From NCBI RefSeq assembly GCF_000315625.1, contig NW_005434492.1, positions 1-46,869 on the forward strand: 46,869 bases of DNA. Reading direction: 5' to 3'. Source of the stretch: Guillardia theta CCMP2712 (taxonomy: Eukaryota; Protista; Cryptophyta). Positions within the stretch are counted from its first letter, which is position 1; every line of letters begins with the position of its first letter. A model generated the notes under the pieces. It saw only the letters and a list, made by a program, of their open reading frames with translations. It was not told the origin of the DNA and did not search any database. This document shows positions 24,267 to 33,958 of this stretch, piece after piece. Both the position numbers and the translations under genes were made by a program.

Positions 24267-25189
24267 TTACAACTCTTTCGCTTTCTTTTTCCTGGCATTG
24301 CTCTTCTTATTCCTGTCGCCCTTGGAAGCTTGTGCTGTTGGTTGGGGAACGAACTCTTCTTGACCTTGCAGAAACTCCTTCACAAAAAGCGACAGCCCCT
24401 CCGACTTGGTTAAGTCTCCGTCAAACGCCTTCACAGATGCCGAGGAGGCGATGGCTGCAGCTGGCAGACTGGCACTCTCTAGCCCCAGGCTCTTCATGAC
24501 TTGCGTCCCCTCGTCCTCCTCATTCTTGGGGTCCACCATGTAGTAGACGCAGATGGTGGTCTGCTTGTGCTGCAAAGCAACTTCTGCGACTGAGTCCGGC
24601 TCCACTTCTCTTTTGCTCATGAAGATAAAGAGCTTGGGAAAACCGCTGTGCATTCCCAGCATTTGTCGTTTTTGAAAGTCAGCCCCGTCGTTGGCAGGGA
24701 GGCGAAGCACGAGGGGAAGACTTTCTCTCACCAAGAATTTGTACAAAGATTCAAACTTGAATGGACCTGGAAAGATCAGTTTCGTCTTCTTCCCTTTCCG
24801 AATTCTGCCTGTGTCCGGATCGTAGCTAGTCCAAACAACCACAGCCGGCAACTTGTCTGCCTCAGATTCAAGGTATCTTGACCAAACTCCTTTGGTTATG
24901 GTGGATCCAATTCCAACGCCGCCATATCGGTTCAGCTCTCGAGCTACTTGCAGGAACACCTGCCAGTCACTCCCCTCTCGCTGGTCGAAGCATCCCATCA
25001 CGACTACTTCTGTGCTCTTGGAGAAATACACCTGCTTCAGCGTCAGACAACAGCGACAAGCACAGCCACATCTCTCATCCTCACCGCATCTGCTGCCTGC
25101 TTCACGTCCCTCAGCTCTTCGCCCGCCGCCGCCGCCGTGATCAGCATTGCCGCTACTATGGACGCCGCCACGGCCGCCCTGACAGCCAT
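24267..25189 (-). CDS. ER-luminal thioredoxin-fold (PDI b/b'-like, non-catalytic) protein
   Basis: Signal peptide MAVRAAVAASIVAAMLITAAAAG, then one intron. PDI b-b'-like segments (VVVMGCF...FLQVARELN; FKFESLYKFLVRESLPLV). No CxxC. The C-terminus AKEL resembles an ER-retention signal. Confidence 0.7.
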
Positions 25190-25294
25190 GAGGCGAAACA
25201 AGTTTTAGTCAATAAGTGAGTGAAAAATGGAGACATTATTGAAGAGACGTGAAAACCATGCGAGGGAAGTCAGTGAGGTAGAAGGGAGAGGAAG

Positions 25295-25500
25295 AGGAGA
25301 GAAGGATCAGTAGTAGTGGTAGTAATGGGAGGAGGAGGAGAGAAGGATCAGTAGTAGTGGCAGTAATGGGAGGAGGAGGAGAGAAGGATCAGTAGTAGTG
25401 GCAGTAATGGGAGGAGGAGGAGAGAAGGATCAGTAGTAGTGGTAGTAATGGGAGGAGGAGGAGAGAAGGATCAGTAGTAGTGGCAGTAATGGGAGGAGGA
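25295..25500. repeat. 41-bp minisatellite x5, followed by (GGA)n
   Basis: GAAGGATCAGTAGTAGTGGYAGTAATGGGAGGAGGAGGAGA starts at 25301, 25342, 25383, 25424 and 25465. Confidence 0.95.
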
Positions 25501-25692
25501 GGAGGAGGAGGAGGAGGAGAAGGAGGAGGAGGAGGAGGATTAGGAGGAGGAGGATTGTGGAGATCATGATGATGATGATTGAGACATAAGTAGGTGTGAT
25601 TATGATGAAGGAGTCAAGGATGGCACAGAGATAGCGATATGACAATGACTTACAGGTAGTGTGCGGGACCTCTCCGTCTAGTGTCCGAAACG

Positions 25693-27628
25693 ATGGCGAA
25701 CAGGTAGTTGTTCATATTTGCCGGCTGCATATTAACTCTCCTGCAGTCCGTCGAGGACTCCCTTGATTGTCCTGCCTGTTCTGACTGTCATCGTGTTGTG
25801 CCTGGCACTCGTCGCCATTGCCAGGTAGGAAACTGTCATAGTGCCAGGATGTGATCGCTGCTGTAGCCGCCAGGATGCTACTGCTCTGTTTTCATCGAAT
25901 GTGGACGAGGAGGTTTCAAGGCTGGCCAATATCCCGTGGTTGAGCAAAGAAGGAAGAGAGGATGAGCGTGCGAGGAAGATTGCTCAAGAGAAAAGAGAAG
26001 CTCAAGGTGAGAATTTGCTCCCGTTGCAGCCAACTCACAAACAACAAACAGAGAGAAGAAAACAGATGTTGAAGGTCTCTGAAAAGATGGAAAGGCTTCA
26101 ATTGCTGGTGAGAGATGCAAAAAGATGTTGCCGCGAATCGATCTAGACAAGCAGTATTGGGAACATGAAGTTCTGCAGATATGCTGTGTTTCTGTTTGCT
26201 TCTTCCTGTTTGTTCTTTATATGTATCCGTGTCCTTATCGTGTTCTGCGTTCGCATTGACTTTCACCTGGTTGACTGCACGCAGCGAGCAGAAAAAGCTG
26301 TGGGAATGAAGTTGAAGGCTCAGAGAGATTCTTACATTACCAAGGTCCAAGCGATACGCTTGTGTTGTCTCTGAACTGCCGCGCAGGCCAAAGTGAGGCA
26401 AACGATGGCAGACAACATCCAAGAGCATTCGAGCAAGTTAAAACATGCTGTGAGGGATGATTTTCGACCTCAAAGGTGTGAACCACCTACAGGCACATCT
26501 CATCGAGCATAAAGAGCAGAGATTATCTCAGTCCAAATATCAACCTCTGCAGCTCAATTTGGACAAGATGCAGCAAATGCTCTTGACTGCGAAAGAGGTA
26601 ACACTGGATATGCATACGGTTGTCAAAGGCAGCAGGACTGACGTTGTTGGTGCAGCTCTTATCGGATGACAAGGCTTCTTTGCACGCACGAGAGAAGAAG
26701 GTTTTGGTTTTTTTTACTCTCTTTCTAGACGGCCATGACACTATCAAGGTCTTGGAGCAAAGACATGCGGCACAGAAGGCAGCGCAGGAAGGGGATCTTG
26801 GTTCGCTCAGGTATCACTGGCGAGAACTTTGTGATGTCTTGCTGATGTTTGTGAGCAGGAAAGCAGAAGCACTGCTGCCTGACTTGAAGGACATCGCTGC
26901 TGGCGAGCGTGCTCAAGTAGGCTGCCTTCTTGGTCACTTGTGTGAGCTGACGAGGATGGCAGGTGAAAGCCGATCGACGTCGCATGGAGCAGGTGACGTC
27001 ATCACGTCCTCGTCGTAGGCTTGTGACTCTTCTGCAGATCTCAGCTGAGGTCTCGAAGATTTCCAAGTCTATCAAAGAGGTTCGAGGGCAGATGGACCGC
27101 GAGAAGGTGAAGACGCTTGTGACTTGCGACATTTTGACTCGTCGGAGCAGAAAGATGAAGAAACTTTGATGGACGTGTCATCCCGGGAGAACGCAATCGC
27201 TCAGTAAGTGAAGGACTGGTGCCACCGAGGACCTTGTCCTAACGTCAAGTCAGGCTGATCTCCGACAAGGCTCAATACTTCGATGACTTGGCTGGTACTG
27301 TGCAAGCTATGCTGTACCACACTTGACACTTGCTGCACGATCAGCGGTGGACGCAGCCAAGTTGAGATATAACAAGGTGCTGGAGCTGCTTCACGAACGA
27401 CATTCCGATCACAAGCAGGTCGCTTGCAAACTCAAGTTGCTTCCGTCTTATCTTCTCATGTCATCTTCCAGGCAAAACAATCTTTGGCGGCGATCTCCAA
27501 CAACATTCAAGACTGGAAACGCAAGGAGGTCAGTCGGTTGCCGCTCGATACACTTTGTAACTGCTTATCAGGCTAGAGACGTGGCGTCGCTCAAGAGTGC
27601 AGCGAGAGCCTTGAGGGCCCAACACTGA
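25693..27628 (+). CDS. N-terminally anchored coiled-coil hypothetical protein (multi-exon)
   Basis: Spliced start MANSPSRTPLIVLPVLTVIVLCLALVAIAR (transmembrane). K/E/Q-rich helical exons separated by ~50-nt introns, ending ARDVASLKSAARALRAQH*. Confidence 0.6.
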
Positions 27629-28195
27629 CATGCTCAGTGAGTCAAGGCGGTTGGACCTAACCTTGGGGTTCAGCCTGTAGACTGGAGGGATGGACGATGG
27701 TGATGGAATGGGGGTGAGGCGACAGATGCAAAGGAGATAGGAGGTTAGAGAGGATGTGTTGCAAGGTGGCCTTAGCGTGACATGTTCATGAAAGCTTTGT
27801 TGTCACTCTGTGTCTCCTTCGCACCTCACTGTCTGCTCGGCCTCTCTCGCTTCCCGACATGTCAAGCTTGCTTTCATCGCAGTCATCGTCAGGTCCTCCG
27901 GGCAACACAAGGGCCGACTCATGATACTGCACACCGCCGGATGCGAGGAGATGCACGGTGGAGCAGGCGAGAGCTGAGCTGAGCAGAGAGGAGAGGACTG
28001 AAAATCTCAGCGAATGATTCCATTGCCTGCTCCTGACCAGTTGATGCGCATGGATTGGCGAAGAAGGGAGAGTACACCCGAAATCTGAAGATGTTCGATA
28101 GTTCATTATAACATCAGTATTTCTTTCACGTTCTCACTGATAAATCTCACACAACTTGTGTTGGAGAGACTCAAAAAAAAAACATTAAGAAATCA

Positions 28196-30352
28196 TCAGA
28201 TGGATCGCGCTTGTTCAGGTGTTGATCCAAGAACAGTCACCTGGGCATGAGGAGGAACAGACGGAGCCGTAAGCCAGAACGTCTGGAGTTCTCCTTTTCC
28301 TTTAGCTTGCACTTTTGTATCTCGGGGGGTCAGCCAGTGGCTGACGCCTGCCTGGATGAGCAGGTTTGCTGTTTGCTCGCTAACCTGGATTCTGCTGGGA
28401 GCTCCGGTGCTCTCCATCCTCGATGCTGTGTTCACAGTGTCCCCGAAGAGCTGGAACCGTGACTTCTCCCCACGTAGCACTCCCGCGGTCACAGGGCCGC
28501 TGTGCATCCCCGAGCGCAGCTTCAAGTTCAGCACGTCAGCCCCAAGTTCAGGCGCCAGCGCCTGGGTGACTCCCTCCATCTTGATCTGCATGTCCAACGC
28601 AAACTGAGACATGGCAACCGCGTGGTCCTCCCTGGGGTCTGGGAGCCCACACACAGCCATGTAGCAGTCCCCGATAGTTTCGACCTTGAAAACTCCTCGC
28701 TCCTTAGCACACAGGTCGAACTCCCGGTACATCGACTCCAGCAGCCTAAACACGTGCTCGGGTGGATGCGTGGAGCTCCATGCAGTAAAGCCTGCGATGT
28801 CTGCAAACAGGATCGTGGTCGACTGGAACACGTCAGCAATGGGAGCGCTGAACTGGAAGGGGCTCGGGCCGGTCACAGAGTCTCGTTTCTCAGTGACTTG
28901 GCTGGAAGAACGAAAGAATCTCTTCAGCCTTACTGCAGGAGATTCCATCTCCCTCTGCGCAGAGGCAGTTGTGGTGACCGTTGTCGTTCCAAAAAGCCGT
29001 GCTCGTACAATCGATGGAAAAAGTGAGTCAACGATTTTCCCAGCATGATCTGCTGCTGCCGTCAAAGTTGCTTGCCTATGTTGCACCAGGTAGTCGTACA
29101 TGAAGAACATCGCTGAGGTGAAGAAGAAGATCAAAACCACCACTGCTGTATAAATTGCTGGTTTGTCTGTTTCATATTGGGACCGCATCTCCGCGGACGG
29201 ATACACACTCATTGAATACTGAATCAAGCTGTTGCCCACACCTGCATCGATATTGCTACCTCGCAAACTCGCATTCACAGTATATCCCAGACTATCGAAG
29301 GCCGAGTCATGCTGATCGCCTGCACCAAGATAGTTAACTTTGCCTCCTGCCAACACATAAGAATGGGTTTGATTTGTACGCTGGCCCTGCGCCCGTAGTA
29401 CACACACCATCCCTGCGATATATGTTGGCAGAGTTTGAGCGAGCACATCGTCCCAAGAAAACACCACCGAAATAGAACCGATCACTGATCGAGGAAGGGA
29501 GGAATTTGAGGAGTTAAACACTGGATAAAATAAAATCGATGAAGGGCGCGTCACATTATCCTGGACAAGCTGAAGGATGGCAGTCAAGGCAGGAATCTTG
29601 TTGGCGACCATGTCGTCAAGGGCTAGTCTCCTGGAAGGTTCAGAGTGAAGGTTGAAGAATATCGCCTTTGTGTTGGTTTCAAGGGGGGTGATCTGCCACA
29701 CAGGAACCATATTCTCCGGATAGGCAGACTGTGCTGAGGTGAGCGACATGGTGTCTGAAACACTGCTGCTGCCATTCTTCATATAGATGAACTGAGGGGT
29801 GATGATGCTCGATAATCCCTGTTTCTTCAGTTCATCTCTGGCATAAGCCTCCCATTGATTGCGATTACTTGGAACGATAATGGGGTTGTAACTAATAGCA
29901 CGGGATCGTGATAAGAGAATTTGACCTGCTGCCAAATCAACGAATCCTTCCAGGGTTACATTTGGCCACACATTTTCCTTTTCAAATCTATAGGTGAACA
30001 GCTTGGAAAGCGACTCCGACGTGGCCACCTTGATGTCAACTCCGCGCTGAAAACCTTCTTTCAGCAATGCTGCCGAATCTTCATATTCCAGCAAGAATAG
30101 GCTATGTTCAAACTTGCGAGAGTAGTAGTAAGCTAGAGTAGCGACAACACTGGTTGCAATGATGAGGGAAAGCACAACAATTGATCGTAGGCATATGACT
30201 GCTCGATTATCTGCCTTGCAACACCCATTGATTTGGATTTCCTGTTGTATCTGATATCCTGTAGATGCCGTGGAAGAGAAAATGGCAGAGTTCCCCCCCG
30301 GATTATTTGAATTGGCAGAGTTTCCCCCAGGATTATTTGAACTGCCTGACAT
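28196..30352 (-). CDS. receptor-type class III nucleotide (probably guanylate) cyclase with an extracellular CHASE-like domain; intronless
   Basis: 718-aa uninterrupted ORF. Two TM helices flank a CHASE-like region (PVWQITP, FNLHSEPSRR, ILFYPVF, IGSISVVFSW). Catalytic motifs ILFADIAGFT, FKVETIGDCY and RFQLFGDTVNTASRMES. Confidence 0.93.
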   Translation of the reverse strand: MSGSSNNPGGNSANSNNPGGNSAIFSSTASTGYQIQQEIQINGCCKADNRAVICLRSIVVLSLIIATSVVATLAYYYSRKFEHSLFLLEYEDSAALLKEGFQRGVDIKVATSESLSKLFTYRFEKENVWPNVTLEGFVDLAAGQILLSRSRAISYNPIIVPSNRNQWEAYARDELKKQGLSSIITPQFIYMKNGSSSVSDTMSLTSAQSAYPENMVPVWQITPLETNTKAIFFNLHSEPSRRLALDDMVANKIPALTAILQLVQDNVTRPSSILFYPVFNSSNSSLPRSVIGSISVVFSWDDVLAQTLPTYIAGMVCVLRAQGQRTNQTHSYVLAGGKVNYLGAGDQHDSAFDSLGYTVNASLRGSNIDAGVGNSLIQYSMSVYPSAEMRSQYETDKPAIYTAVVVLIFFFTSAMFFMYDYLVQHRQATLTAAADHAGKIVDSLFPSIVRARLFGTTTVTTTASAQREMESPAVRLKRFFRSSSQVTEKRDSVTGPSPFQFSAPIADVFQSTTILFADIAGFTAWSSTHPPEHVFRLLESMYREFDLCAKERGVFKVETIGDCYMAVCGLPDPREDHAVAMSQFALDMQIKMEGVTQALAPELGADVLNLKLRSGMHSGPVTAGVLRGEKSRFQLFGDTVNTASRMESTGAPSRIQVSEQTANLLIQAGVSHWLTPRDTKVQAKGKGELQTFWLTAPSVPPHAQVTVLGSTPEQARSI

Positions 30353-31943
30353 ATCTGCTTTGATGACCTAAGAACTAATTGCAAATAACGAGAGCCTGCG
30401 TAATGGAGGCTACAATAACATGCTGAATTCGATCTTGAGCAATGATGCAAGCGATAGAACGCAGTCAAGCAGGATGGAGGGGAGGATGGAGAATGAAGAT
30501 GAAGGGGACAAGAGAGAAACAGAGGGGAAGATCAATGTTTGCTCAAAGCCCCTCAAAACGCCCGCTGATAGCCAAAAGACGACGATGCAGGAGGACGGCA
30601 GGAGAGGAAAGGAGGCACACTCGAGGATGGGCAAGTGGGGTGGGGTGGGGTGGGGGTGGGGTACTCTAATGGGGAACTTCGCGAAAATGGCTAATATTTA
30701 CGGAACTGAGGGGTGGGGTGGAGTCCGAGGTAAGAGGTTTTAATATACCAACGAGCGAAGGGAAGGGGGTAGTTTCCATGGGCAAAGCCAAGGTAGTGAT
30801 GGTATGAGTGTGAGGGTGGGGGTCATTATTACTACTGACTTGAGTATGATGGGGTGGTTGTATTTCCTCCTGCTGGTCAATTATGGGGGGTTGTAAGTTC
30901 GAGATGGTGGTAGTTGAAGGGGTTAGCACTACGGTTGAAGGGGGTAGGGGCCCGGTATGAGGCGCTGCTACTATTAAAAATAACGAGCGGCAATGGACGG
31001 AGGTGGGGGAGGGGGTTGAGGGGTGGATAGGAGAGGGGGTCCTGTGAAGCGTCGGATATAGCGCAAGTCAAACGACGTGGAATCTAGTACCATGAAAAAC
31101 ATCGTAAAAATGCAATATTAAACTAATAATATCATATAGCCGATCTGAAGAACAGAGGATATGTGGAGAGGTGGGTGGCTGAAGCACTCCTGTGTTTGTG
31201 GTAAATTGTACCGGTGGTTGGAAAAAGGGGCAGATGAGAGGTGCCATGACAGGTGCTCGTGTTTTCGATACGTGTCAATAATTGTCAAGAAGTTTCTGGA
31301 CCTCCAATTTGTTTAGGAAGACACATGAATTTCAATCGAACCCCTAAGAAATTTTTCGTCTACCAACCGAAATGTTGATAGTCAATCTGTATCTTAAAAC
31401 CGATATATTATATGGTTGTTCCTCAGCAGAAACGCAACGGTTGGTTTCCGAGGTCCACATCCAGTCACGTTACTCCGGCCGCTGGCCATGATTGTACTCG
31501 GTCGCTGACCCATGTGGCTGGGCGGGCCCGAAGGTCTCGTTTTACAGATATTTTCTAGTGTTTCTAGTTGTCGGACCGTGAGCTCCGGCCCGCCGGGTCG
31601 CCGGGTCGCCGGCCCGCCGTACAGCCCCCGGCCCCGGGGAGCGCAGAGATAAAATCTCGGTTGCGCCCCTCCCCTCGCTTGACCTTCTTGACCATGTCCC
31701 TTCCTCCCCCGCCATGCTGCCGTCTCTCCCTCCCTCCCCAGATGTCACTCAGCTTCCTGTGCTCCCTCCCCAGCTGGCATCTATCATCCGTCCTGCTTCC
31801 CGAGCTGGGTCTTTATTGATTTGCCCTGATGATTTTCATGTGCTCCCCTTTGGGGTAATTTGATCAGGTTCATAATGAGCGTCTTGGTAGATGCGGCCCA
31901 TCGTTTCTCTTGATCCTCACCTGTCTGACTTCTTTTGGAGCAG

Positions 31944-33872
31944 ATGACGCGGACAGCACTGATCGTCTCCACAGCAAGGACAGGTACTTGCATGCCTTCT
32001 GACCTTCATCTGTTTGCCAAGAAGATGGTTTACAAACGATGGAACGTCAGGCTTGGCAAAATCCTTCAGAGGAGGATTCAACAACACGCATGGAGCCGTT
32101 CTTGCTGGACATGCCATCAAGCACGCCATCTCCAAAGCAGGTCCTGGTTTAACGCGCACCACGATAGAGATGATTTGTTGGGCGCAACAGGCATCGACCC
32201 TGCCAAGGTTGAAGACGTCTTGTTGGGTTGCGGTGAGACTCACAGCCGCATATGTCGTGATCGCTGAGGCCTTCTGTCAAGGTATGCCTGAAGGAGCAAC
32301 GGGAATGAATGTCGCTCGCAATGCTGCTCTTTGGGCAGGTATCGTTTCATGGAGAGTAGGTTGAAAGTGATGGTATTGATGTCAGGTTGTCCCGTCACTA
32401 CCTCCGGCACAACGATCAACCGCTTTTGCAGGTCTCCACCTTCTTCATGACTCCTTTTTCCTCCTAGTCATTTCATCCTTGTAGCTCTGGCTTGCAGGCG
32501 ATCGCCATGGCAGCACATTCCATCATCGTAGATGGTGTTCCCTGTGCGGTTGGAGGGGGAGTGGACTCCATTTCTCTCGTTCAGGTGAGTTGAAGCTTGT
32601 GAAGCTGTCAATGACCATCCCTTCCATCAGCAAAAAGCTTTTGATCCCAAGAGCGGTGTTGTCGAATCCTCTTTGCTTTCCCACCCTGTCCACAAGGCTC
32701 TATGGATGCCCATGATCGACACGGCGGACTTGGTTGCTGAGCGGTACGGAGTGTCTAGGGAAAGACAGGCAAGGCGACATCCTATGTTGCTGACGTCAGA
32801 TTCTTCTGACGAAAGGACTCCTACAATCGTTGCAGGATGAGTACTCGCTGATTTCGCAACAAAGGACGGCGGAAGCTCAAAAAAAGGGATTGTTCGATGA
32901 CGAAATCGTGCCACTTCCAACCAAAATGCTTGTCAAAGACAAGGAGACTGGCAAAGTGAAGTCAATCTTGTGACAGACAGTTTGTCGATGTGGCTGACAA
33001 TAGACTTGTTAATTAGGTGAGCGAGCAAGAATACGTTGTGACCAAAGATGAATGCAATCGCTCTGACACGACGCTGGACGGCCTTGCCAAACTCAAGCCA
33101 GTGAATATCGACAAGAATCCCAAGGCTACGGTCACTGCTGGTTGTCTTGGAGCTGCCGTCTGCTCCAGTCATTGAGATTGCGCAGGCAACGCCAGCCAGC
33201 TGTCGGATGGTGCGAGTGCTTGTGTGCTGATGGAGGAGAAGGAGGTTCGCTGCTCACGGCTCGATCAATGATTGCAAGTCACCTTGACGGTACAGGTGGA
33301 GAAGGCTGGACTCCAACCGTTGGGCAGGTTCGATGGATTTGCCGTTGCCGGGTGAGTCCGAGAACCGTTTGATGCAGGCGACCATAGTGACAGAGGGAAC
33401 AGGTGCTCGCCCGAAGAGATGGGTATCGGCCCCTCGATCGCAGTGCCCCGTCTCCTTCAGCGTCATGGTTTGCACCGCCGGATAGGTATTGGCTCTCGGA
33501 GTGAACACGTTACTACCAGGACTGAAAGTGGAAGACATTGACCTGTGGGAAGTGAACGAGGCCTTTGCTGTTGTGTCCCTGTATAACATGGATGTGAGAC
33601 ACTTTTGAGTGTAGTGGGGAGACGTGACAAGCGGCAGGCTCTCAAAATCCCGCTCGACAAGTGCAACGTCAACGGAGGCTCCGTTGCCATCGGCCATCCC
33701 TTCGGCATGACAGGCTCGCGTCAGGTGGAGCAGAGCGACTCGTCGGGCGTCTGACTGGCTTCAGGTCGGTCACATCCTGCTCGAGGGCAAGCGGCGAGGA
33801 GCCAAGAAGGTTGTGGTCAGCATGTGCATCGGCGGTGGAATGGGAGCAGCCGGTCTCTTCACCGTCTTGTGA
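31944..33872 (+). CDS. acetyl-CoA C-acyltransferase (3-ketoacyl-CoA thiolase), multi-exon
   Basis: Motifs [15 protein letters not shown], the catalytic Cys motif [48 protein letters not shown] and [13 protein letters not shown]. An extra upstream exon cannot be excluded. Confidence 0.95.
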
Positions 33873-33958
33873 GGAGGCGGAGACAGGAGAGGAGGAGACG
33901 GTTCTACCTTGTATGTACATGCGCTATCATACATCGAGGGGTTGTCACTCCCGCTATG

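Noticed and set aside
25295-25500. Regular repeats resembling a CRISPR array
   Set aside because: They are head-to-tail with no unique spacers, in a eukaryotic context without cas genes.
27786-28106. 106-aa minus-strand ORF
   Set aside because: No recognisable motif and no convincing splice model; could be UTR or intergenic sequence.
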